Assembly: GCA_965657355.1 (NCBI GenBank)
Contig: CBFHOE010000009.1
Location: 128,001 to 192,000, forward strand
Source: Limisphaerales bacterium
GTDB lineage: Bacteria > Verrucomicrobiota > Verrucomicrobiia > Limisphaerales > JAJOIW01
Direction: 5' to 3'
DNA length: 64,000 nt
Part shown: positions 38,887-49,086 of the stretch, in pieces
How positions within the stretch are numbered: the first letter of the stretch is position 1
Layout: the number at the start of each line of letters is the position of its first letter
Notes under the pieces: generated by a model
Told to the model about the DNA's origin: nothing
Seen by the model: only the letters and a program-made list of their open reading frames with translations
Database searches by the model: none
Translations under genes and position numbers: made by a program

Positions 38887-41502
38887 ATGACAACAAGGTG
38901 TTTTAGGTATTTCCTACTCGTTGGGATATTTTTATTTTCACTTAAAATTGAAACTTCCCGGGTTAGCTCTCAGGAAATAAACCCTTCTATTAATGTTAGG
39001 CATTTAGAGGCCGGACACGGTTCAACTGTTGAATCATTCTTTAAATCCTTTTGTATCGATTGTCATGGACCACAAAAGAGCAAAGGAAAAATCACATTAC
39101 ATACCCTCAGCGATTCTGATCTTGTCGATGGGAAGAACCTGGAACTCTGGGAAACTATTCTTGAGATTCTTCAAAGCGGAGAAATGCCTCCGGATAATGA
39201 GACTCAACCTACAAAAAAAGAACGCGAAAAAATGATCGTTTGGATCAACACCGGCCTCCGTCGTTTCGTAGAAAACAAAGACAAACAAGAATCTCCATCA
39301 ACAGTCCGCCGACTCACTAATTTTGAATACCAAAATACGATAAGAGACCTCATTGGAATCGATTTAAATCTTATAGACGACCTACCTAAGGATCCTTTTA
39401 AACCATACCACTTTAATAATACATCGGAGTTCATGCTACTTGGACCAGAGCAAATCGATCGCTATCTGGAAGTAGCGCGCCGCGTCATGGCTAGCGCCAT
39501 TGTGGACACGCAGAAACCTGAAACATACAAAACTCGCAGAGAATGGGATAATAATGCATTAGGCAAGGGGTTTGGAGTTGTTTTAAATCGTAACGAAATT
39601 GCGATTCATAACTCGCGCCGTGGAACACCGGGTCAAGGCATGAGCGTGACAAAATTTCCAAAAACTGGAGAATTTCGGATTCGCTTCCAAGCCTCAGCTG
39701 TTTTCCCAAATGGAGCGACAGAGCTCCCTCTGCGCTTTGTCATGGGTTACAATTTGAATGTCAATAGTTCTACACTGGAAGTTGAGCCGGTTGGTATTGT
39801 ACCATTGCGCAATACACCTGATAATCCTCAGGTTTATGAATTGCGAGGGCGCATTGAAAATTACCCAGTTCAAAAAGGAAAAGTCCATCGTGGCAGATTG
39901 CGTCCTGATTCCCTGACGATAACTCCTCAAAACAATTACGATGATGGCACGCTGAATGATGAAAATCGTTTTTTGTATTGGCCCCGTCAATTGGACATGC
40001 CACGAGCGGTAGTCGATTGGATAGAATTTGAGGCTCCTATCACAGATGTTTGGCCACCTGATCACCACACTCGCATTTTATTCGATTCCCATTTGCGTCA
40101 AACGAATATCGACGAATATGTGCAGAAGGTAATCAAACGTTTTATGTCTCGCGCATATCGCCGCCCGGCAACTGCAGAGGAAGTAAGTCGGTTTGTAAAG
40201 ATTTACAATCTGCTTCAAACAGAATTTGAAAGTATTGAAGCCATAATGAGAGAAACCCTAGCCATGGTCTTAGTTACCCCTCAATTTCTTCTTCACACGA
40301 AGTCAAATGGTAAAACCATCTCTCAAGCCTATGAAAAAGCTTCTATGCTTTCTTATTTCCTGTGGGGTAGCATGCCTGATGATGAGCTTATCCAATTAGC
40401 GTCTCAGGGAGATTTAGAAAATCCTATTATTATAAAAAACCAAGTAAATCGAATGCTGGATGATGCGCGGTCCCACGATTTTATTTCCAACTTCACCAAA
40501 CAATGGCTAAGCCTGGAAAAAATAAAAACAGTACCAATAAATCGCGATTTATTTCCACGATTTCTTTTTTATGTAGAGGCCGGAGAGCGTGCCGGCACCG
40601 AAAAACCATACATACCAACTATTCGCGATCATATGATTAATGAGACGATTCATTTTTTCGAAGAATTAATTAATCGTGATGCCCCTGTATATAATCTTGT
40701 GGATTCTGATTTTGCCATGATGAATCAGCCACTCGCAGCTCACTATGGAGTGGATGGAGTTGAAGGGCAGACCATCCGGCCTGTCGATGTGGGGCCCGAG
40801 AAACATTTAGGGGGTCTACTGACACAAGGATCCATACTCATTGGTAATAGTACTGGCTCGGCACCACACCCAATTTATCGAGCTGTTTGGCTTCGTGAAG
40901 CGATATTAGGAGACGAAGTCAAGGACCCTCCTGCAGAAGTACCCGCTCTTTCGGACTCTGCCGGTGAGTCCGCAGATGAAGCATCAAACATAAAAGATTT
41001 ATTGGCCAAACATCGAACGGAGGAAAGTTGCCATGACTGCCATATCCGGCTGGACCCATGGGGTATTCCTTTCGAACGTTATAATGCCATAGGTAAATTC
41101 CAGCCTTTTGTTCCTGAAGAGGGGACTCGTGTTCGTGGATTTAATAAAGAAAAGGACAAAAACCTCGTTGGATACGAACGATATCTAAAGAAAATAAATA
41201 CCAAGAAAGTTCAAGCAAGTGCTAGAGTTCCTCAAGGCCCCGAGATCGATGGGATGCGGGAGCTTAAAGAACACCTTATAACAGATCGCATAGATGACAT
41301 CGCCGAAAATTTAATACGTAAGCTTCTCTCCTATGCAATCGGCCGAGAATTGAATTATCAAGACCGCTTCGAGGTCGAAAAAATCCTCTCTCAATCCAAG
41401 GAAAAAGGTTATCTTATAAAGAGTATGATTGTGTCCATTTGTCAAAGCGACCTTGTTTTAGGACAAAATACAAATGAAAAGAAAATCCTGGCACCTCAAT
41501 AG
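38887..41502 (+). CDS. Planctomycete-type cytochrome c / DUF1587-1595-1592-1588-1585 protein
   Basis: CIDCHG, GEMPP, RRLTNFEYQNTIRDL, RAYRRP, LSYFLWGSMPD, CHDCH..LDPWG, LLSYAIGR. Confidence 0.9.
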   Translation: MTTRCFRYFLLVGIFLFSLKIETSRVSSQEINPSINVRHLEAGHGSTVESFFKSFCIDCHGPQKSKGKITLHTLSDSDLVDGKNLELWETILEILQSGEMPPDNETQPTKKEREKMIVWINTGLRRFVENKDKQESPSTVRRLTNFEYQNTIRDLIGIDLNLIDDLPKDPFKPYHFNNTSEFMLLGPEQIDRYLEVARRVMASAIVDTQKPETYKTRREWDNNALGKGFGVVLNRNEIAIHNSRRGTPGQGMSVTKFPKTGEFRIRFQASAVFPNGATELPLRFVMGYNLNVNSSTLEVEPVGIVPLRNTPDNPQVYELRGRIENYPVQKGKVHRGRLRPDSLTITPQNNYDDGTLNDENRFLYWPRQLDMPRAVVDWIEFEAPITDVWPPDHHTRILFDSHLRQTNIDEYVQKVIKRFMSRAYRRPATAEEVSRFVKIYNLLQTEFESIEAIMRETLAMVLVTPQFLLHTKSNGKTISQAYEKASMLSYFLWGSMPDDELIQLASQGDLENPIIIKNQVNRMLDDARSHDFISNFTKQWLSLEKIKTVPINRDLFPRFLFYVEAGERAGTEKPYIPTIRDHMINETIHFFEELINRDAPVYNLVDSDFAMMNQPLAAHYGVDGVEGQTIRPVDVGPEKHLGGLLTQGSILIGNSTGSAPHPIYRAVWLREAILGDEVKDPPAEVPALSDSAGESADEASNIKDLLAKHRTEESCHDCHIRLDPWGIPFERYNAIGKFQPFVPEEGTRVRGFNKEKDKNLVGYERYLKKINTKKVQASARVPQGPEIDGMRELKEHLITDRIDDIAENLIRKLLSYAIGRELNYQDRFEVEKILSQSKEKGYLIKSMIVSICQSDLVLGQNTNEKKILAPQ

Positions 41503-42850
41503 GCGCGAATTCCTTAAAGGAGGAGGAGTCGCCATCGCATTACCCCTTCTGAATGGGATGGATAAATCCATGGCCACTGGAGTTGAAAAAAGGGGTGATA
41601 CGAAAGCACCTAAACGAATGCTAGTAAGTTACTTTGCATACGGGGCATACATGCCAGATGGGCCATCAGGTATCCCAGACCCAAAAAAAGACCATCATGA
41701 ATGGAGTTGGTGGCCCTGCAAACAGGCAGGCCCACTGACCTTCAACAAATCCTCGGAGCCATTTACTTCTTTGAAAGACAACATTTCCTACCTCCGTGGA
41801 CTAGATCATGCAGGAGGGTGGAAACTTGGAGGGCACAGTTCAGGCGATGTCTTTGCAACTGGAGCAGATATGGTAGGAACTGAGAAAACAAACAGCATTT
41901 CCATAGATCAGGTCGCCGCGAACACCCATGGACATAAAACACGCTACCCATCTTTAGTTCTAGGAACAGAGGGCGGAACCGGTTCCTATGGGTCCTGTAA
42001 AACGCTATCCCATAGAGGCCCGGGGCGACCCATACCTTCACTTCATAAACCAAATGAAATTTTCAATGGCCTTTTTAATCCATACGCAGGTAAAGGAGTC
42101 GACCAAGTCCGTGCAAGTTTGAAGCGTGAAGCAAGTATCCTCGACCTGGTCATGGATCATACACGTAGCTTTAAAAACCGGCTTGGTAAGGACGACAGGT
42201 TGAAAGTAGATGAATACCTCGACTCCATAAGAGCTCTGGAGCAAAGAGTGGAGCGCACCAGTAAATGGACCCACAGGGAACTCCCTGATATCGATACTGA
42301 CCAACTAAATATCCAAGTGTCTCCAAAAGACCCAAAAGAATACATCCGCTGCATGTATGATCTCGTTTTTCTGGCATTTCAAACTGACAGCACCAGATAT
42401 GCCACCCTTATGCTGGAAAGCGAGCAATCTTCTAACAGCGAAATGTGGAATTACGCAACATATGTGTTGGGATATAAAGGAGCCACACATGATATCGCCC
42501 ACAAACGTCCAGAAAAATACGCAGGACAATGGGATAAATGGAGAGCTGAGCAGCATGCTTATTTTTTAAAGCGTTTACGAGATACGCCAGAAGGAGATGG
42601 AACAATGCTCGACAGGACACTTGTGCTTTGGGGGTCAGCGCACCCACATGCATCACACAGCACCAAAAACTACCCGATTCAAATTGCCGGAGGTAATGAG
42701 TTAGGTTTCCGGCATGGGAGTCTTCATGATTTTATCGGAGACAAAAAAGTACCCTTGGCTAATTTATTTGTCTCAATGCTTAATGCCGTTGATGTTCCCG
42801 TCGAAAAATTTGCAGACAGCACGGGTGTGATGTCTGATATTTATAGTTAG
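41474..42850 (+). CDS. DUF1552 family protein (Tat signal)
   Basis: LNRREFLKGGGVAIALPLL, SISIDQVAA, SILD, YLDSIRALE, AFQTDSTR, EGDGTMLD; overlaps the upstream partner. Confidence 0.92.
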   Translation: MKRKSWHLNRREFLKGGGVAIALPLLNGMDKSMATGVEKRGDTKAPKRMLVSYFAYGAYMPDGPSGIPDPKKDHHEWSWWPCKQAGPLTFNKSSEPFTSLKDNISYLRGLDHAGGWKLGGHSSGDVFATGADMVGTEKTNSISIDQVAANTHGHKTRYPSLVLGTEGGTGSYGSCKTLSHRGPGRPIPSLHKPNEIFNGLFNPYAGKGVDQVRASLKREASILDLVMDHTRSFKNRLGKDDRLKVDEYLDSIRALEQRVERTSKWTHRELPDIDTDQLNIQVSPKDPKEYIRCMYDLVFLAFQTDSTRYATLMLESEQSSNSEMWNYATYVLGYKGATHDIAHKRPEKYAGQWDKWRAEQHAYFLKRLRDTPEGDGTMLDRTLVLWGSAHPHASHSTKNYPIQIAGGNELGFRHGSLHDFIGDKKVPLANLFVSMLNAVDVPVEKFADSTGVMSDIYS

Positions 42851-43039
42851 TTGCTCCAAAGGCTCTGTCAATTAGGCCATAAAAATTATAAATATCATTG
42901 AAAAATATAAGGGAATTCAGTGGGCTAAATTTTTTGATGAGCCGCTACAATCGACTTTGTAAACTTACCAGCAGGCAGGATAAAATTCAAAGTAACAAGA
43001 ATTCCTGGCTAAGATAAATTGATTCATCCATTGAACTTC

Positions 43040-44344
43040 TCACAAGTTTCGAATCACAAAGGCGTTCATCAATTCTCTTTTGATAATAAGCTCAACCAAA
43101 ATTGTCGTGTGTTTCGCAAAAGCAAATCTTACGGTATCAGAATCCAGGGACACCTTTCCGACGTTATCATTGTATCCAACTTGTATGGCGTTGGAATTTT
43201 GTTCAATTATTGGCTCAGCACGAATACTGATGTCTAATTTATCGCATTCCTTGTTATTAAATCCATCGTGTAATTGAGAAGCGTTACAATACATCGATCT
43301 GTAATGTGGGGCAGATTTCGGAACGTGAACTTTTTGAAGTATTTTTTGATAAAATATTCCAGCAAGATGCCCGTCCTCCGGATCATCATCAAAGAATTCA
43401 ATGAAATAATCTTCTACAGGATTTTCGACATGATCAACCACGCGGACCAAAGTATTTTGATAAGCTCGCTCTTTATCTATTCCAGAACAAATATTTATGA
43501 GTTTTTGATTCCAAGCCGCCCAACCCTCTGATGTGACTTGAAGGGCTTGAATATAAAGATTTAAAACCTCTTTATTATTTGGAGTATTTTCACTCTTCAT
43601 TATAAGTGATTCATGGTTTTCTCCATCAAGAATACCGAATGCGATTTGATGATTTTCGGCTGGCTGGATAAAATTAAGTTTTGGAGATTGTGAATGCGAT
43701 GAGAAATCAACAATCATTTTGCGTGCATTTAGATTAGCGCTTGAAATTCTGACTACCCCATCGCCACCGCTTTCATTTGCAGCAGCGCGAACACCGCTAT
43801 TCCCTTTATTTCCCACCAAGACAGTAGCTTTGATGGCATCTTGTCCATACCAAGCATTTTCACAAAAAACATCTTTTTCAGCGAGTTCCCATGTATAAGG
43901 CGAACCTAACTCTAATCCATTTAAAAGATGTTTACCCGTTCTAAAACCGTGACCCCACCCCTTTATGATTCTTCCATAAAACGCTCTTCCTTTATGAGCT
44001 AGGTGCGAACCAAAATTGGCAGGGGCAAGCATCAACAAATGGTCAATAGGATTATTATCATAGGTATAAAATCGCGTCAGCCACTCCCTAAAAACTAAGG
44101 CCCCCGCGCTATGCAATACGACATCTACAGATCTAGATTTTCTCGGGAGTTGCTCGGAAACCCACGCGCTCTCCATCGCTTGGGCTAAATCCTTGTATGT
44201 GACTTCATCATGCATCGACAACCAATCAGCTAACTCAATTCGAACCACTTCACGCCCCAAACGGCTCACAAAGAATTCGCCTAAATTTAAAAACGATTCA
44301 TACGTATCGCTCCATCCATGTATGATTACGAGTGGCCTTGACAT
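43040..44344 (-). CDS. Alpha/beta hydrolase (lipase/esterase-like)
   Basis: Oxyanion IIHGW, nucleophile elbow VVLHSAGALV, LAPANFGS, DGVVR, NH. Confidence 0.8.
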   Translation of the reverse strand: MSRPLVIIHGWSDTYESFLNLGEFFVSRLGREVVRIELADWLSMHDEVTYKDLAQAMESAWVSEQLPRKSRSVDVVLHSAGALVFREWLTRFYTYDNNPIDHLLMLAPANFGSHLAHKGRAFYGRIIKGWGHGFRTGKHLLNGLELGSPYTWELAEKDVFCENAWYGQDAIKATVLVGNKGNSGVRAAANESGGDGVVRISSANLNARKMIVDFSSHSQSPKLNFIQPAENHQIAFGILDGENHESLIMKSENTPNNKEVLNLYIQALQVTSEGWAAWNQKLINICSGIDKERAYQNTLVRVVDHVENPVEDYFIEFFDDDPEDGHLAGIFYQKILQKVHVPKSAPHYRSMYCNASQLHDGFNNKECDKLDISIRAEPIIEQNSNAIQVGYNDNVGKVSLDSDTVRFAFAKHTTILVELIIKRELMNAFVIRNL

Positions 44345-44783
44345 TTTTATCTCCAGTTACTGGGTCGTCGGGGTCTGTATCTAAAATCTCTTTTCACTTA
44401 ATTTAAAAACCATCTAGTATTTGGTTGAACGTTTTCAGACACCGTGAAAATGAATTATCGCTGTCCGAATTTCCGATGTTTAATGACTTATTCGAATTCA
44501 AGTGCAAAATATTTCAGATTATTTTGGGGTTTTAAAAGCGAACGATGAAGATAACCGTATTTACAACTAGTGAATTCAAAGCATCACTTGGAGTCATGTA
44601 ATGTTTCTGTATATTTAATAAGGTGTGATAAAGATCTTCGCGGGAAATTCACTTTGGAGATAAACCACCAAATTCAGCTCATATATTGAGCAAAAGGTTA
44701 TCAAGGATTATGAGTCAGCCGGCTAAGATGTCCTGGCAAATTCTCAGTCGGAAAATAGAACTGCTACCCTATCGGAGATCGCT

Positions 44784-45902
44784 CTAATGTGGAGGATGAA
44801 TAATTGAACGCAGCCCGGGATTGTCCTTTGCAAATGCCACAGCAGAATCAACCCTTTCTAATTGAAATTCTGCACCAATCAATTGATTCCATGGGACAGA
44901 GTCCTTCGTATCCAATATACAACGCGTAGCGACAATCAAGTCCTCCGGACGATAATTGTGTACCCCTTTTATCGTCAGGCAGCGTCGAACGATTTGGTCC
45001 GGGTCAATTTTCAATGGAGGTGAAGGAAATACAGTACCCGCCAGGACAAGTGTACCGCCTATACGAAGTTGGCCTAATGCCAATTGAGCAGCTTCAGAGG
45101 ACCCAGCCAATTCGAGAGCTAAGTCAACGCCACGACCAGAAGTCGAAATCTGGATAAAACTCTCTGCTGATTCATCACCGGGTGCGCATACTCTATCAGC
45201 ACCGAAATCCAAACACCGTTGGTGTCGTTCGCGATTGGGCTCAACAACCAAAACGTGCCCACAGCCCTGGCGTTTGGCTAGGGCAACCGCACTCAACCCT
45301 GCATACCCACCGCCCATAACAAGCAGCGTGGATGAGGCATTTATTTTTACCTGACTTTCTCTCAACATAGCTGCTGCAGTCGAAACAGCACAATTGATCG
45401 GAGTCGCTATGAAATTATGAATTTCTTCTGGCAGCTTTAGAATTGGAGTTCCTGGACGGAGTATAATGTAACTTGCCATGCCGCCACTTGAATTTGATCC
45501 ATCCATAGACACGGATTCGTGTCCGTATTTAAAAAGGTTCTCACATTTCTGTGGAATGCCAGTTTTACAATAAAAGCACTTACCGCAGTGAGCATAAATC
45601 GCCCAGGTTATTCGATCACCAATAACTATTGTTTCACCACAAATATCCGTTTTGGGAAAATTGTCTCCGGTGGCTACAATGTTCCCAATCATTTCATGAC
45701 CCAACACTGTGGGTGTGTGCACCGTACGGCGCCCACACATAGTATGCACATCACTGCGACAAATGGCACAATGAGTGATCTTTACCAATGCTTCTTCGCC
45801 TTGAGGTCTGGGCCAAGTGGCCTGGCGCACTTCCATGGACTTATCCTGACCATGGTATAATGCAATGGCACCGGAAAATTGCTCATTTGATTCAAAATTC
45901 AT
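44784..45902 (-). CDS. Zinc-dependent alcohol dehydrogenase, phosphonate catabolism-associated (HpnZ-like)
   Basis: ICRSDVHT..GRR, VLGHE, CGKCFYC...PQKCENLFKYGH, IKGVHNY; directly downstream of the DUF5690-like gene. Confidence 0.85.
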   Translation of the reverse strand: MNFESNEQFSGAIALYHGQDKSMEVRQATWPRPQGEEALVKITHCAICRSDVHTMCGRRTVHTPTVLGHEMIGNIVATGDNFPKTDICGETIVIGDRITWAIYAHCGKCFYCKTGIPQKCENLFKYGHESVSMDGSNSSGGMASYIILRPGTPILKLPEEIHNFIATPINCAVSTAAAMLRESQVKINASSTLLVMGGGYAGLSAVALAKRQGCGHVLVVEPNRERHQRCLDFGADRVCAPGDESAESFIQISTSGRGVDLALELAGSSEAAQLALGQLRIGGTLVLAGTVFPSPPLKIDPDQIVRRCLTIKGVHNYRPEDLIVATRCILDTKDSVPWNQLIGAEFQLERVDSAVAFAKDNPGLRSIIHPPH

Positions 45903-45905
45903 TCG

Positions 45906-47216
45906 TTATTGAGTAACCTGAGGAAGTTTCTTCTTAAAATAAATAAGTGCCAATAAAAACGAGCTTATGCCCACTCCCCCGACTACCCAGCATAATTGAG
46001 TTAAAAAGGAAAAAGTATCTTCGCCTCCAGGAAGCTTATCTTTGACAAGCATAAGGACAACATATCCCAGATACCCTGTTGAATCTGCAAGATACATCAA
46101 ATATCCGACATTTCCCTTTTCCGGGGTCACGGCCACGATTCGCTCGAATATTGTGGTGTGAACAAGCACATATGCAAGGTAAAACGCAAGACCAACCAAT
46201 ACCATAAACCAGAATGGCGAGATCCATTTTTGATCGATAGCGATCAAGCTCAGCGGGATTAAAGCTAAGCCTATCATACAGACTAAGAATGCGTGAAAAA
46301 GAGCCAGTCGGTTGTTACGATAGAGAGAGAAAATACCGCTGCATATCATTATCCCCAAAGCTATCCACATCTCGGAGGTAGAAAAAATCTCGGGTGTTGT
46401 TTTGACTCCTAAACTTTTCCATATTTCAGGTGCAAAATCACCTCTGAGGCTTCTTATCAAAGTTATCAAAAGGTAAGCTGAAATGATGGCAATCAACCCT
46501 GGAGCATAGTGCATAAAATAATGTCTCCGGTCGACACCATTCATTTGTCTACGAGCCTGACGCTCGGCCCTGTCAGATTCATCCGGAGGGGGGATTTGAT
46601 TCAACATCCATAAAAACACGAGTAGTGGAATCATAAAAATAACCCCGGCTAAAAATGGCATCCAGACTTCTACGATTCCTATTTCTATCAACCAAGCGCC
46701 CACCGATTTAGTAACTCCATCGGCTAGAACGAAGCTCGCACATAATCCGGCTGCGAGTAATTCAGTCATCCGCCGGCCCTCTAAAAAACCAAGGACTAGT
46801 CCAAATACCATGCCCAACATCAGGCCATTGCCAAAAAGAAAAATGACGGATATGGGAGTGGGTGCTACAGCAAACCCAAATAAGCAGGCTAAAGCTATTG
46901 AGGTCAGCATTAAAATACCGCGAACCCGCTTCCTTGGAGGCATCTCAGATATAACTTTTATGCCAATGAACTTGGACAGCATATATCCAGAGACCTGGAA
47001 TATCACCAAAGCAGATTTGAGATCCATTCCAAAGGCTGTCATGCCATTATACGAAGTTGAGGTAAATGGCTTACGAATTCCATACATGCAAAAATAAGCC
47101 CCAAAGGCAGCTACGATACACCAGACAGCAAAATGAGAGCCGCGAGAAGAAGAGGAGCCTGAAATGAAGGAAAGGCATCCACCTGATGGCGGAGTTTTTT
47201 TCAAATTACTAGACAT
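45906..47216 (-). CDS. DUF5690-like multi-pass membrane protein (putative transporter)
   Basis: AFGAYFCMYGIRKPF, GYMLSKFIGIKVISE, FLEGRRMTE, FERI, GNVGYLMYLADSTGYLG; about 11-12 TM segments. Confidence 0.85.
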   Translation of the reverse strand: MSSNLKKTPPSGGCLSFISGSSSSRGSHFAVWCIVAAFGAYFCMYGIRKPFTSTSYNGMTAFGMDLKSALVIFQVSGYMLSKFIGIKVISEMPPRKRVRGILMLTSIALACLFGFAVAPTPISVIFLFGNGLMLGMVFGLVLGFLEGRRMTELLAAGLCASFVLADGVTKSVGAWLIEIGIVEVWMPFLAGVIFMIPLLVFLWMLNQIPPPDESDRAERQARRQMNGVDRRHYFMHYAPGLIAIISAYLLITLIRSLRGDFAPEIWKSLGVKTTPEIFSTSEMWIALGIMICSGIFSLYRNNRLALFHAFLVCMIGLALIPLSLIAIDQKWISPFWFMVLVGLAFYLAYVLVHTTIFERIVAVTPEKGNVGYLMYLADSTGYLGYVVLMLVKDKLPGGEDTFSFLTQLCWVVGGVGISSFLLALIYFKKKLPQVTQ

Positions 47217-47326
47217 ATTGACTAATGAGCCACGATATCAAAACATCTTTTTTACCAGCGACCAAGTTGCGATTTTATGGCGAGCGATCTTTTGCATCCG
47301 AACAAACTCACAATAAAGCAAACTGA

Positions 47327-48811
47327 TTGACCAAAGGTGCTCTACCCATCACACTAAGAAACATGAAAAAAATCCTCCTTTCAGTCACGAGCATTTTGCT
47401 TTTTAGCATGACTATGGCAAATGCGGAGAAGCCCAACATTATACTTATTCTTGTCGACGATATGGGGTGGATGGATCTTTCTTGCCAAGGTAGTGATTAT
47501 TATAAGACTCCGGCTATTGACCAACTGGCTAAACAGGGCATGCGCTTTACCAATGGTTATGCCGCATGTGCTGTTTGTTCCCCTACCCGAGCGGCTGTTC
47601 AAACCGGGCGATACCCGCACCGCATAGGTGTGACTGACTGGATTCGTTCACGTTTTCAACGCGGAGGTTTAGGAACACCTGATGCCAACCCAACCAAATA
47701 TGTTGGAGGAAAAAACCGTAAATTCCTCTGTCCTCCTAATCCATTTTGGATGGAGCATGAGGAAATTACTATAGCCGAAGCATTAAAAGAAGCGGGCTAT
47801 CAAAGTGGTTATATAGGCAAGTGGCACCTTGGTGATCCTGCATGGTTTCCGGAAGGACAGGGTTATGATGAAAACCGAGGAGGAAATGATTACGGGCAGC
47901 CACCAAGTTATTTTGACCCGTATAATCAACCTAATGGAAAACACCATACACTTCGAGAAGGGATTTATAAACTACCGGGCCGTAAACCGGGCGAATTTCT
48001 TACACATCGAGAGGCTGACGAAGCAGAAGCACTTATCCGAAAATGGCATACAAATAAGACACCCTTCTTTCTGCAAATTGGCCACTACGCGGTTCATACG
48101 CCCATTCAAGCGATTAAAGAAGTGGCAGAACAGTATAAACAAAAGGATAAAACGGATCTTAACGCACGATATGCAGCCATGGTTGAATCTGTGGACGACT
48201 CGACGCGCCAAATACTCGATACGCTTGATGAATTGAATATCGACGACAATACAATGATCATATTCACAAGTGATAATGGAGGGTTAGATAGAAACGGTGG
48301 CCCTACTGAAAACGCACCACTGCGCAGTGGTAAAGGTTACGCGCACGAAGGAGGTATTCGCGTTCCCTTTATTGTGAGGTGGCCCGGTGTTGTTGCTGGG
48401 GATAAGTCAAGTGACTCCCCTGTGTGTTCAATAGACCTTTTCCCGACCATACTTGAATCCGCCGGGGTAAATCTCCCTAAAGACCGCGCGATAGATGGTT
48501 TATCGCTTATGAAACATTTGATAACAGGGGGTAAAAACAATCTAAACCGCGATACCCTTTATTGGCATTTCCCACACTACCGTCACAACCCAGGCCCATA
48601 TAGCATCATCCGCAAAGGCGATTGGAAATTGATCAAATTTTGGACTGGACCATTCGAGTTATACAATCTTTCTGATGATATCGGCGAAGCAAAAAACCTT
48701 GCCAAAGAGATGCCTGAAAAAGTTAAAGAACTGGACCTATTATTGCTGTCGCGCCTCAAAGCAGACGGAGCTAATCTCCCGAAAAGAAATCCAAACTACG
48801 TAACCAAATAA
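47327..48811 (+). CDS. Sulfatase (S1, Cys-type); start probably at MKKILL
   Basis: PNIILILVDDMG, CSPTRAAVQTG, GKWHLG, SDNGG, HEGGIRVP, YWHFPHY. Confidence 0.95.
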   Translation: MTKGALPITLRNMKKILLSVTSILLFSMTMANAEKPNIILILVDDMGWMDLSCQGSDYYKTPAIDQLAKQGMRFTNGYAACAVCSPTRAAVQTGRYPHRIGVTDWIRSRFQRGGLGTPDANPTKYVGGKNRKFLCPPNPFWMEHEEITIAEALKEAGYQSGYIGKWHLGDPAWFPEGQGYDENRGGNDYGQPPSYFDPYNQPNGKHHTLREGIYKLPGRKPGEFLTHREADEAEALIRKWHTNKTPFFLQIGHYAVHTPIQAIKEVAEQYKQKDKTDLNARYAAMVESVDDSTRQILDTLDELNIDDNTMIIFTSDNGGLDRNGGPTENAPLRSGKGYAHEGGIRVPFIVRWPGVVAGDKSSDSPVCSIDLFPTILESAGVNLPKDRAIDGLSLMKHLITGGKNNLNRDTLYWHFPHYRHNPGPYSIIRKGDWKLIKFWTGPFELYNLSDDIGEAKNLAKEMPEKVKELDLLLLSRLKADGANLPKRNPNYVTK

Positions 48812-49086
48812 AATCATAGCAATAAAAGGTTTGGAATTTCATGACTAAATCGTAGTGGGATTGAGATTCAATCCGGTTTCGTAATGACATATCGCTGAGG
48901 ATGTGCTTGACGAAATCGTCATTTGTGCGGCGTCATACTTTTGTTATTTCTGCTTTTTGAAAAGCGTCCACCAGTAAATGTTTTTCACTTACCCAAGACC
49001 ATAAAAAAGATTTGATGCGATTTACAAATCATAAATTCCATTATAAGGCATGAAGTAAATGTCTAGCTGATAATCATTCCATTTAT

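Noticed and set aside
44345..44783. Long spacer between the hydrolase and alcohol dehydrogenase genes, checked for a phosphonatase relic or RNA
   Set aside because: No recognisable protein motif or stable structure found by eye.
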